Made by a program: the position numbers and the translations under genes
Source of the DNA: Euryarchaeota archaeon UBA602
Lineage (GTDB): Archaea > Thermoplasmatota > Poseidoniia > Poseidoniales > Thalassarchaeaceae
Direction of reading: 5' to 3'
NCBI GenBank assembly: GCA_002498455.1
Contig: DAHO01000045.1
Location: forward strand, 7,777-67,828
DNA length: 60,052 nucleotides
Part shown: piece by piece, positions 45,942 to 54,721 of the stretch
Layout: each line of letters opens with the position of its first letter
How positions within the stretch are numbered: position 1 is the stretch's first letter
Notes under the pieces: model-generated
What the model saw: only the letters and a program-made list of their open reading frames with translations
Databases searched by the model: none
Told to the model about the DNA's origin: nothing

Positions 45942-47785
45942 TGTTCACGAACTTTATTGGCAGTCTCAGCCAAATCGGATTCGGATGGTTTGAAGCTATC
46001 AGCCATCAACAAGGCACCTTGCCCATCAATCATTGCACGACCAGTAAAAGTGAATTTACGTCCAATCATCTTGCTCCTCAAATCGGCCAAGAATGACTCA
46101 CCTTTGTCCGATTTACATGCCGCCTTCACATCATCCATACTCATCTCCAAAAATTCTTCAGCGGATGTACGAGCCAGGATGATTGCACCATTTGAAATAC
46201 CGTCATCAAGGATTAGTCTTAATCTCAAATCTTCGATTCCAACTTGTGGGCCTTGTGAGTTGCACGCAGGATTCATGCAAGCACCATCACGCATCGCTCT
46301 TTTGCATTCAGGGCACCTTAGGATGATTCCAGAGCCCGTGGCCACGGAAATTACTGTTGCAGTGCTAGAGACTCCACTTCGTGAACCTCCACTCAGCAAC
46401 TCTGTAAAATCAACTTCAACCGCATGATCAGTTGCATCAATCGCATCCCAAGGAATTGTGTCAAGAATCTCCGCTTGATCAGCACGATCAACGGTCAAAT
46501 CAGGTGTACCTTGCCATGATCGAACTCTGACACCGTTAAGCTTCACCGCTACTGGTAATGAAGCGGAATCAATAGGCAACTCTGACCAAGATGTCAACCT
46601 GCAGCTACCCGATGGATCGACGGCATCGCCACCCCATACGGTCTTTTCAGAACCATCTTGGCCCGTGAAGCTCCGACTTGTCCATGAAGTAAGTTGGACG
46701 ATGATTGAGACATCTGCCGAGCCATCCCGTAGTTGGCCGATTTGTAGAACAGATGATGATTGTAGATCTTCCAAACTTGCAAATGCATTGTCGTGGTAGA
46801 CCTCGACCTTGGTACGATCGCCGATGTTTAACTCGGGGTTATCTCTGAATCTTCGGATGGCTGCACCTTCGATTCTAAGTAGTGTCCCTACAGGGTGGTC
46901 AAAGCTTCCGAAGCAGGCGAAACCGATGGTTCCGGTGCCATCCGCAAGACGTCCTTTCACCATGTCCAATGTACCACTTCCATCCTTTTTGTTCACAGTC
47001 ATCTCTCGCTTTGAGAGCACTCGAGCCACCACAGTTGCAAACCCGTCCATACCCAAAACACGCTCTATTGCAGTGGGTTCGGAAGGAGCTGGTACGACTT
47101 TTCTCTCGCTTCCTCGTAAGACTGCGACTCGGCTACTTTGATTCACATTCAGAGAGAATTTACCATTCCACTCATTGACTGATACTCCCTCAAGACGAAC
47201 CACACTACCGGGAGTTAGGCTCTCGGCATGATTGCCCCAGTCCTTGAAATCCCAGCGTGTACGTTCTCCACCGTCTTCCCATGGATTGTCTTCAATCCAT
47301 CCGAAAGCAATCTGCTTCTCTTCTCCGCGAACCATCTGCATACGTGGAACATAGGTGACGACCTCAACCTCAATGGTCACGTTGTTGTCATCCGAGGATA
47401 AGGCGGAAAAACGCTCAACGGATTTTGCAGCTGGTCGAGTGGACATTTTTGGTGCACCGACTTCCATTCCCGCCTCTTTCTGGAAATGTTCAATCACGCT
47501 ACGCAAGGCGTGCTTGGGAGGGACAAGGAACTCTTCTTTGTAGCGAGTAAATTCCTTGACAATTTCTGCTTCATCGGCTTCAGGTACGGCTTCTTTGACC
47601 GCACGGACTTCATTTTCAAACTCTTCTGGGTTAGACATTTCGAGCAACTCCTGTGGAGGGTCAGCAAATGACCGCGTCCGCACGAGCATGTCCTGCTTGG
47701 GCCCAATTAGAGGCCGGGCAGAGAACAATGGTCGGTCGTGCAGTTTGGGGAAGACGCGGCACTCCATTACCTCCGGGACACTCAC
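45923..47785 (-). CDS. rpa: Replication protein A (multi-OB-fold ssDNA-binding protein with zinc finger)
   Basis: Several OB-fold-like repeats (..VTYVPRMQMVRGEEKQIAFGWIED.., ..VLSKREMTVNKKDGSGTLDMVKGRLADGTG..) and the zinc ribbon CPECKRAMRDGACMNPAC. An alternative start is ATG 47638. Confidence 0.8.
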   Translation of the reverse strand: MSVPEVMECRVFPKLHDRPLFSARPLIGPKQDMLVRTRSFADPPQELLEMSNPEEFENEVRAVKEAVPEADEAEIVKEFTRYKEEFLVPPKHALRSVIEHFQKEAGMEVGAPKMSTRPAAKSVERFSALSSDDNNVTIEVEVVTYVPRMQMVRGEEKQIAFGWIEDNPWEDGGERTRWDFKDWGNHAESLTPGSVVRLEGVSVNEWNGKFSLNVNQSSRVAVLRGSERKVVPAPSEPTAIERVLGMDGFATVVARVLSKREMTVNKKDGSGTLDMVKGRLADGTGTIGFACFGSFDHPVGTLLRIEGAAIRRFRDNPELNIGDRTKVEVYHDNAFASLEDLQSSSVLQIGQLRDGSADVSIIVQLTSWTSRSFTGQDGSEKTVWGGDAVDPSGSCRLTSWSELPIDSASLPVAVKLNGVRVRSWQGTPDLTVDRADQAEILDTIPWDAIDATDHAVEVDFTELLSGGSRSGVSSTATVISVATGSGIILRCPECKRAMRDGACMNPACNSQGPQVGIEDLRLRLILDDGISNGAIILARTSAEEFLEMSMDDVKAACKSDKGESFLADLRSKMIGRKFTFTGRAMIDGQGALLMADSFKPSESDLAETANKVREQWGVFA

Positions 47786-47859
47786 CGGGTTGCGGGGGTT
47801 CTTGAACTATCGCACATTGATGTTGGAGCGAAGTTCGTGGGGGTAGAACTTGTTACCAA

Positions 47860-48954
47860 ATGCGTTCTGGGGTGGGCGTGGCGGAGATGGAATCGTTTCA
47901 TTTTGGAGGTACGGAGATTGCCCCTGGCACCGGGATTGAAGTTTCCTTGGAACTCGGGGATGGTCCTGCCGGAAATCCACGGAGTATCCCAGTCTACATC
48001 CTTCATGGAACCAAACCTGGCCCTGTTTTGGGGCTCATTGCGGGAATTCATGGAGATGAATTGAATGGAGTTTCCGTTGTCCATCACCTCATACATGGCG
48101 ACGATCATATCGCCGATACAGATGATGATACCATCAATCGCTCAAAACTCGCTGGGACGCTCATCTGCGTACCTGTAGTTAACATCGAAGGTATGCTTCT
48201 TGAGCAGAGGGGGGCCCCTGACAATCGGGACATTAATCGCTTGTTCCCAGGTAAAGAAACTGGAAATCAATCTCAAAGAATTGCACACGCTTTGTTCCAA
48301 GGTGTTGTGAGTCGCTCAGATTACCTGATCGATTTGCATTCAGCACCCCACTCCAGAACCAACTTACCACATGTACGCGCAGATTTTGACAAGAAAGATT
48401 GTCTCGATTTAGCCCGTGCTTTTGGGACCCAAATCATCCTTCATTCAAATGGACCCAAGGGCTCTCTCAGAAGGGAAGCATCCGCCAAAGGAACACCGAC
48501 AATTTTGCTGGAAGCTGGGACTGCACATCGTTTTGAAATGGAAGCCGTGCATGCTGGAATAGAAGGTGTACTGAATGTAATGGCTCATTTAGGAATGATT
48601 GAGCGGACATTGCGACAACCTGCGTTCCGGTTGCTAGTTCGACGATCAAAGTGGGCTCGAGCAGAAGCAGGGGGATTGTTGTACAGCCTGGTCAAAGCTG
48701 GGGACCATGTCCAAAAGGGCCAGAATATTGCTCTCATCACTGACCCCCTCGGTGCAAAAACTCACACCATCGAGAGCCCCCGGACGGGTGTCATCGTAGG
48801 CCTAGCCCTCAACCCATTGGTTCGTGCGGGCGATCCGATTGCCAATATCGTGTTGTGTTCCGCAAAGAAATGGAATCGTACCCAAATCGAGCAAGGTGCT
48901 CAGGGCCCTGAGGAAGAATCCGTAGATGATGAGGAATCCTTGGACGATGCCTGA
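47860..48954 (+). CDS. Succinylglutamate desuccinylase/aspartoacylase-family zinc deacylase
   Basis: GIHGDELNG zinc-binding motif, DLHSAP, and the AstE/AspA-type architecture. Confidence 0.8.
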   Translation: MRSGVGVAEMESFHFGGTEIAPGTGIEVSLELGDGPAGNPRSIPVYILHGTKPGPVLGLIAGIHGDELNGVSVVHHLIHGDDHIADTDDDTINRSKLAGTLICVPVVNIEGMLLEQRGAPDNRDINRLFPGKETGNQSQRIAHALFQGVVSRSDYLIDLHSAPHSRTNLPHVRADFDKKDCLDLARAFGTQIILHSNGPKGSLRREASAKGTPTILLEAGTAHRFEMEAVHAGIEGVLNVMAHLGMIERTLRQPAFRLLVRRSKWARAEAGGLLYSLVKAGDHVQKGQNIALITDPLGAKTHTIESPRTGVIVGLALNPLVRAGDPIANIVLCSAKKWNRTQIEQGAQGPEEESVDDEESLDDA

Positions 48955-48972
48955 ATCCTTGAGAATAGGCAT

Positions 48973-48990
48973 TGCGCCCCTAAGGGCGCA
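48973..48990 (+). terminator. GC-rich stem-loop after the deacylase gene (no T-run)
   Basis: TGCGCCC-ctaa-GGGCGCA, starting 19 nt after the stop at 48954. Whether it terminates transcription is uncertain. Confidence 0.2.
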
Positions 48991-49029
48991 CCGAACAGTC
49001 AAGAACTCCTTGTTGTCGCTTAACGCCGC

Positions 49030-49995
49030 ATGTCCGAGGAGGCTGATGTCGTCGAAGACAACACCTTCTGGTGGTCGAATTGGGTACGCGTAGAAAATCT
49101 GGAACTGATTTTTTCTTTGGTCTCTATCGGTATCGTGATTTTCGTCATCCAAGAAGACTTGGTCAATACCAACCCGTCACTGTTCTGGGTATTGGCCTTC
49201 CTCGATCTGGTCTTGGTCGGATTTTTTGTTGCCGAGTTGTCAAAGGATCTGTCCAATACTGAAGACCGAAGTGAATGGTGGAGGGCTCAGAGCTGGGGGA
49301 TGCTCGGACTGACCCCTGTGATTTTGGCTGCAATACCCGAAATCAGCGTCATCGTATTGTTCCGATTGGTGCATTTGTCCAAGGTTTATTTCCTCGCAAC
49401 CAACTTACTGGGATTGCAAGAAACAAGCGAGGAATCGCCTGTTCAGGTCCAAATTCAGCATTTGATTTTCGTCGTGACTGCGATCGGATTTGCAGGCGGC
49501 TTCATCGCCTATTTGTTTGAGCAACACGCATCTCCCACCGAATGCGGAGATACCTGTATCGACACCCTCCCTCAAGCCATGTGGTGGGCCATCACAACGG
49601 CGACGACGGTCGGATATGGTGACTATGCTCCGGTGACTCCGGGAGGACGCGTAGTTGCAATTTTCCTGATGTTCACTGGAATTGCACTGTATGGATTGTT
49701 GACAGCGACACTCTCTCAACTCATTTGGGCAAAAGGTCGTAAATATGGTAAAAATGAGCGAGGCGATGTCGATTCAAATGAAATGATTGAGAGATTGGAA
49801 AGGCTAGCCGATATGCGTAGAGATGGTTGGCTGACAGCCACCGAGTTTCACGATGCGAAAAAGAGCGTTCTGACCGGAAAAATGCCGGGAGGGAACAAGG
49901 CGAGAGATATCGAGTCACGTTCCCCCATCCCACGTGATGAGCGAAAAGCCAGACGAGAAGCAGCGCGTGCAGGATTCCTCAATGAAGAAGAGTAG
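49030..49995 (+). CDS. Six-TM potassium channel with a C-terminal SHOCT-like domain
   Basis: Selectivity filter TTVGYGD (49603-49623) after five hydrophobic segments. The S4-like helix has few charges (LFRLVHLSKVYF). The C-terminal IERLERLADMRRDGWLTATEFHDAKKSVL matches the SHOCT consensus pattern. Confidence 0.8.
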   Translation: MSEEADVVEDNTFWWSNWVRVENLELIFSLVSIGIVIFVIQEDLVNTNPSLFWVLAFLDLVLVGFFVAELSKDLSNTEDRSEWWRAQSWGMLGLTPVILAAIPEISVIVLFRLVHLSKVYFLATNLLGLQETSEESPVQVQIQHLIFVVTAIGFAGGFIAYLFEQHASPTECGDTCIDTLPQAMWWAITTATTVGYGDYAPVTPGGRVVAIFLMFTGIALYGLLTATLSQLIWAKGRKYGKNERGDVDSNEMIERLERLADMRRDGWLTATEFHDAKKSVLTGKMPGGNKARDIESRSPIPRDERKARREAARAGFLNEEE

Positions 49996-50025
49996 CCTTG
50001 ATAGCCCTCAAGTCGACGACACCGC

Positions 50026-50574
50026 ATGGAGCAGGTGGTTTTCGGGGTCGTCACCGCTTCTGACAGGGCATCCTCTGGTGAATACGAAGACCTCTCCGGA
50101 CTTGCGATTGCCGACTTCTTGTATGAGGCGATTGCTTCCCCTTTTGTCATCAAGCGTAGAATCATTCCTGATGAGCAAGAGATCATTGAATCCACTCTAA
50201 GTGAACTTGCGGATTTAGGGTGTGCTGTGGTCATTACGACTGGTGGTACTGGACCGGCACCTCGAGATGTTACTCCGGATGCGACTGAAGCAGTTTGTGA
50301 TCGTATCTTACCAGGATTTGGTGAACAGATGCGAGCGATTTCTCTTCGTCATGTACCTACGGCTGTTCTCAGCCGACAAACTGCAGGTACGCGAGGTCGT
50401 TGCTTGATCCTAAATCTCCCTGGAAGCCCTCGCTCAATTCGCGAAATTATTGACGAGATTTGGCCCGCAGTCCCATATTGTGTCGATCTCATTGGTGGAC
50501 CACATATCAAAACAAATGATGGTGTTTGGTCGGCTTGGAGGCCCCCTCATGCTCGCCGCGCGATTGAAGAATGA
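50026..50574 (+). CDS. mog: Molybdenum cofactor biosynthesis protein MogA/MoaB
   Basis: VVTASDRAS.., TTGGTGPAPRDVTPDAT and LNLPGSP are MoCF_biosynth domain motifs. Confidence 0.85.
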   Translation: MEQVVFGVVTASDRASSGEYEDLSGLAIADFLYEAIASPFVIKRRIIPDEQEIIESTLSELADLGCAVVITTGGTGPAPRDVTPDATEAVCDRILPGFGEQMRAISLRHVPTAVLSRQTAGTRGRCLILNLPGSPRSIREIIDEIWPAVPYCVDLIGGPHIKTNDGVWSAWRPPHARRAIEE

Positions 50575-50592
50575 TACCCGAGTCGGCGCAGT

Positions 50593-51417
50593 ATGGCCAA
50601 GTTCAAGGATACCGATTTAGAATTGACACGAGCAATGAATGAAATGCGTGAAGTTGAGATCCAACTCGACTTTACCCCAAACGCACTAGCAAGTGTATTG
50701 TACAAGCAAGGTGACACTGTTGTCCTCGCTTGTTGTACACGCGCGAGGAACCTGCCTCGTTGGTTTCCTCGTGACGCCACAAAAGGATGGGTCAATGCTG
50801 AATACAGCCTACTCCCGGGTTCGACCGATTCTCGATTCCAGCGTGAACGAAGAGGTGCAAAGGGTCGAACTTACGAAATTGAACGCTTGATTGCACGTAG
50901 CCTTCGAGCTGGAATTAACCTTGAGGAACTCGGTCCACACAGTCTTACTGTAGATTGTGATATTCTGAATGCAGACGGAGGTACTCGCTGCGCTTCGATT
51001 ACTGCAGCTACCATCGCTCTCAGATTGGGTGTTCGTCGATTGATTGAGCAGGGATTGTGCTTGCCTGCGGCCGACCGCAAACCCGCAGATGCGGGGCGTG
51101 AATGGGAGCCTCGTGAATTGAGTCCAGATGAGAAATCTGCGCACGAAGCAGCTGTTCTACCAGTCGATGTTGCGGCGATTAGCGTTGGACTGATTGGTGA
51201 AGACGTGTATCTTGATTTGGATTACATTCTTGATTCAAATGCAGATGTCGACATGAACGTCATCGGCACCAGCGATGGAATGTTGGTTGAGGTCCAAGGA
51301 ACCGGGGAAGAAGCCACCTATTCTCGGGCTCAAATGGATGCGCTTATGGATATGGCTGAGAAGGGGCTTGCGCGCCTGCACTCGATACAAAGTGATGTTC
51401 TCAACAATCAGAGTTGA
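50593..51417 (+). CDS. rph: Ribonuclease PH (bacterial type)
   Basis: It aligns by eye to E. coli Rph: GWVNAEYSLLPGST..R...GRTYEIERLIARSLRA..DCDILNADGGTRCASITAATIAL..DMNV..EVQGTGE. There is an insertion of about 25 aa before the second half. Confidence 0.85.
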   Translation: MAKFKDTDLELTRAMNEMREVEIQLDFTPNALASVLYKQGDTVVLACCTRARNLPRWFPRDATKGWVNAEYSLLPGSTDSRFQRERRGAKGRTYEIERLIARSLRAGINLEELGPHSLTVDCDILNADGGTRCASITAATIALRLGVRRLIEQGLCLPAADRKPADAGREWEPRELSPDEKSAHEAAVLPVDVAAISVGLIGEDVYLDLDYILDSNADVDMNVIGTSDGMLVEVQGTGEEATYSRAQMDALMDMAEKGLARLHSIQSDVLNNQS

Positions 51418-51493
51418 TGGTGCGGTGGGCCGGGCTTGAACCGGCGACTTCCAGATCTTCAGTCTGGCACTCTCCCAGCTGAGTTACCACCGC
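51418..51493 (-). tRNA. tRNA-Phe (anticodon GAA) with genomically encoded CCA
   Basis: The reverse complement folds as a cloverleaf: GCGGTGG-TA-ACTC-AGCTGGGA-GAGT-G-CCAGA-CTGAAGA-TCTGG-AAGTC-GCCGG-TTCAAGC-CCGGC-CCACCGC-A-CCA. 76 nt, with a 7-bp acceptor stem and a T-loop TTCAAGC. Confidence 0.9.
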
Positions 51494-51550
51494 AGGGAAC
51501 TGCGCCACCAGCCTCGCATTATCAACCCTTTCGGGTGCTAAATGAGTGCC

Positions 51551-52687
51551 TCAAAAGAGGTCGTCGTCATCTTCTTCAGAGTCCAACATCATGGGCTCAT
51601 CGGCCTTTTTGGTCGATTTCTTCGCCGCAGGCTTAGTTTCTTTCTTCGGCGCCGGAGGAGTCGGGGCTGTCTTGCCTTGCTCTGCAGCTTCTCGCTTGGC
51701 TTTCTCTTCAGCCTCTCGAGCTGCCAATTCCTCTGGATCCATGCCCTGTGCAATGGCCAATTTGTTGCGACGCTCGTCACGAGCCTGCTTCTCAAACAAG
51801 CGATGTTTCGCTTTTTCGCACTGTTGCAACATGAACATGGCATCGTGTTCAAGCAAAGGTGAATCTGAAATCATGGTGATGTCTAACCAATCACCGTCCT
51901 CAGCCAAGAATTCTGCAAGAGGCTCAAACTTCAAATCGGATTTCTTAATTTGCGTGTAGTGCAATGCATTGCCCATACGATGTTCAATGCCACTGAAGTG
52001 ACAATAGAAGGTCTTCCCACCAATGGTTTCTCGAACCAAATCGAATAATTCGCCGAAGTCTTCACTCGTTCGTAGACGACCATGACCTCGCGCATGGATA
52101 TGGGCTAGATTGAGAACAGGAACTGTACCTTCAACGTGATTGGTAACCTCTAGGACCTCCTCAAGAGTACCCCAGAGTTCCTGCCGTCCGCTGGTCTCAA
52201 CACCAATCAATGTGGGGGAATTGTCAATCACCCATGGGAACGCAGCATAATCCTCACTTTCGTCCTCGTTGTTCCAAATTTCTGCACAACGATCTACGAC
52301 GCCAGCCATGACGTTGGCGACCTGCTCATTGGCATCTTTACCACGCTTGAATTCACCATAAGGCCCAACGTGGTATGTGATGTGGCGTGCGTTCACGATC
52401 TTGGCCGCCTGCAGGCTGGCCTCCATCTTCGATAGGGTTCGGCTCCGTTCGCGCTTGTTACCCAACAATTCTGCATAGTACGGGCCGTGGAGATTCATTT
52501 CAAAACCCGTTTTCCATGACAAAATACCCGCTTGCCAATATTGGTCAAAATGATGAGGTGCAACGGTCCTAACAGTTTGGATTTCCATCGTCTCTAAACC
52601 GAGTGCAGTTATGTCATCCATTCCTTCAACAATCGTCCGTCCTTTGCAGGACAACGGAACGCCGGCAGGTCCTAATTTCAGTGGCAT
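51551..52687 (-). CDS. Endonuclease IV-like (AP_endonuc_2/xylose isomerase-like TIM barrel) protein with a Lys/Glu/Ala-rich C-terminal tail
   Basis: The pattern MPLKLGPAGVP..GLETMEIQ..HGPY..ITYHVGP..IGVETSG..NLAHIHARG..HFSGIE resembles the metal-ligand spacing of archaeal Nfo-like proteins. The last ~80 aa are low complexity and end in DDDDLF. Confidence 0.6.
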   Translation of the reverse strand: MPLKLGPAGVPLSCKGRTIVEGMDDITALGLETMEIQTVRTVAPHHFDQYWQAGILSWKTGFEMNLHGPYYAELLGNKRERSRTLSKMEASLQAAKIVNARHITYHVGPYGEFKRGKDANEQVANVMAGVVDRCAEIWNNEDESEDYAAFPWVIDNSPTLIGVETSGRQELWGTLEEVLEVTNHVEGTVPVLNLAHIHARGHGRLRTSEDFGELFDLVRETIGGKTFYCHFSGIEHRMGNALHYTQIKKSDLKFEPLAEFLAEDGDWLDITMISDSPLLEHDAMFMLQQCEKAKHRLFEKQARDERRNKLAIAQGMDPEELAAREAEEKAKREAAEQGKTAPTPPAPKKETKPAAKKSTKKADEPMMLDSEEDDDDLF

Positions 52688-52852
52688 ATTCTCCCCCCGA
52701 CCTCTCGGCCGAAACGTTCTATCTTCAAAAGGATGTGCGGATGCATTCTCCTAATAATCTCAAACGAACAGGTATACTTGCCCTTCGTAATTAATGAATA
52801 TTTGCAACGCGAGACCGACATATTAACCCGAACAAGACCGCGCGGTTGCATC

Positions 52853-54721
52853 ATGGGTGGACGTGGACACATCGGCCGCAGGACGAGGTCTTTGCTCGCC
52901 ATCGGCCTGTGCCTGATTCTACTGTTGCCAAGTGGAATGAGTGCGACCTTGGTTCCAACCGATTACAATACAGACGTCAAACCCGTGAATTTCTACAGTG
53001 CCAATGGTTCAGGCGTTAATGAAGAACATCCTGAATGGGGACAAGCAGGGACATTGTTGGGCCGAGTAGCCAATGCATCTCACGACCCAGAAGCAAATTG
53101 GATGGGATTGACAGATTTGCCAAATACAAGAAACATCAGCAACATAGTCTGCGCTGAACCTATGGCCATCCAAGATGAGCGAGGACTGTCGGATTACAAC
53201 TGGTTATGGGGGCAGTTTATCACTCACGAGATTGACTTCACATTGACGCAAAATGGTCGAGTTGGTGGAACGGGTACACCCGAGCAGGCCAACATCCTGA
53301 TTTCAGAAGATGATCCACAAATGGGTGCACCTGGTGGTTCTCAAATCCGATTCTTCCGCTCGCTCTACGTGAACGTGACTGATGATCTGGGCATCCAAAC
53401 TCGAGAGCATCCTAACTCAATCACAACCTGGATCGACGGAAGTTCTGTTTACGGATCATCCATTGAGACCTCAAACTGGTTACGGACTTTTGAGGGCGGG
53501 AAACTGAAGGTCAGTCCAAATCCGTGGGGGGATTTACTTCCAGTTGCGCAAGATGATGACCAGACTGCGCCCCCAATGTCTTTCGTAGGATTTAGCGCGG
53601 ATGTCCGATTTATTGCTGGCGATTCACGAGCCAACGAGCATATCGCACTGATGTCATTGCATGTTCTGTTTATCCGTGAGCACAATCGACTCGCGGAGGA
53701 AATTGCTGAGCGAAACCCCGATTGGACGGATGAGGATATTTACCAACTGGCAAGGAAACTCGTCGCGGCGCAAATACAAGCCATCACTTACGAGGAATTC
53801 CTCCCAAGTTTGGGCGTCACACTCGTCCCATACAGTGGATACAATTCATCAATTAATCCACAAGTAACCAGCTCGTTTGCCACAGTAGCATTCCGCATGG
53901 GGCACTCCCAAACAGGAGATGTATTCCTCAGACTTGATGAGAATCGGGAACCCATTGAGAATGGAGTTATGGACTTATTTGATGGGTTTTGGACCACTCG
54001 CCCCGTGACGGAAGAAGGAGGCATTGCCCCCATATTGCGAGGAGTCGCAGCCCAGACTCAAGCCGCCAACGACATTTACTATGGAGAGGATTTGAGGAAT
54101 CATTTGTTTGGAATGCCGGGTGCAGGAGGCATGGACTTGTGCGCTATCGATATCCAACGAGGTCGCGATCATGGAGTCCCATACTACGGAGATGTTCGAG
54201 CCGCATTTGGACTCGATCAGATATCCAATTACAGCGACATTACAAGCGATGATGAGGTTGCAGGACGTCTTGCGGAAGCCTATGGTCAACAGGACCCGGG
54301 TCATATCGACCCCTACATCGGCATGTTGGCCGAAGATCATCTACCCGATTCTGCGTTGGGTGAAACCATGGATGCTGTCATTCGTGATCAATTCATTCGA
54401 CTGCGAGATGGAGACCCGCTGTATTACGAAAATGACCCCGAATTGGAAGGGGTTGAACAGAACCTCTCGGAGACAAGACTCTCCCACATCATACTGCGAA
54501 ACACTGAGATCCAATCCATCCAATGCAATGTATTCTTTGCAGAAACCAATCTGGATAATTTGGATTGTTATTTACCCAAAGAAATTACCTCACCAGTGGT
54601 TGAAAACAAAGATGAATCCAATATCAGAACCATCGTTCTTGGGTTGATTGGATTGGCCGTTCTCGGATTGCTGATTATTGGCTTTTTTGGGGCGACTTCC
54701 AAATCAGCTGAACCAGAATAA
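52853..54721 (+). CDS. Animal haem peroxidase-family (peroxidase-cyclooxygenase superfamily) protein, secreted and C-terminally anchored
   Basis: WGQFITHEIDF (distal His), GDSRANEHIALMSLHVLFIREHNRLA (proximal His region) and RGRDHGVPYY. There is a signal-like N-terminus from ATG 52853 and a C-terminal TM LGLIGLAVLGLLIIGFFG. Confidence 0.85.
   Translation: MGGRGHIGRRTRSLLAIGLCLILLLPSGMSATLVPTDYNTDVKPVNFYSANGSGVNEEHPEWGQAGTLLGRVANASHDPEANWMGLTDLPNTRNISNIVCAEPMAIQDERGLSDYNWLWGQFITHEIDFTLTQNGRVGGTGTPEQANILISEDDPQMGAPGGSQIRFFRSLYVNVTDDLGIQTREHPNSITTWIDGSSVYGSSIETSNWLRTFEGGKLKVSPNPWGDLLPVAQDDDQTAPPMSFVGFSADVRFIAGDSRANEHIALMSLHVLFIREHNRLAEEIAERNPDWTDEDIYQLARKLVAAQIQAITYEEFLPSLGVTLVPYSGYNSSINPQVTSSFATVAFRMGHSQTGDVFLRLDENREPIENGVMDLFDGFWTTRPVTEEGGIAPILRGVAAQTQAANDIYYGEDLRNHLFGMPGAGGMDLCAIDIQRGRDHGVPYYGDVRAAFGLDQISNYSDITSDDEVAGRLAEAYGQQDPGHIDPYIGMLAEDHLPDSALGETMDAVIRDQFIRLRDGDPLYYENDPELEGVEQNLSETRLSHIILRNTEIQSIQCNVFFAETNLDNLDCYLPKEITSPVVENKDESNIRTIVLGLIGLAVLGLLIIGFFGATSKSAEPE

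Noticed and set aside
45894-46427. 177-aa plus-strand ORF
   Set aside because: It is antisense to the RPA gene. It is a shadow ORF with no motif.
51418-51493. tRNA-Phe as an integration site of a mobile element
   Set aside because: No integrase, transposase or phage-like genes are present on either side. The flanking genes are housekeeping (rph, nfo-like). I noticed no duplicated copy of the tRNA 3' half, although an exhaustive search was not possible by eye.
54108-54647. 179-aa plus-strand ORF
   Set aside because: It is an out-of-frame overlap inside the peroxidase gene, whose own frame carries the family motifs.
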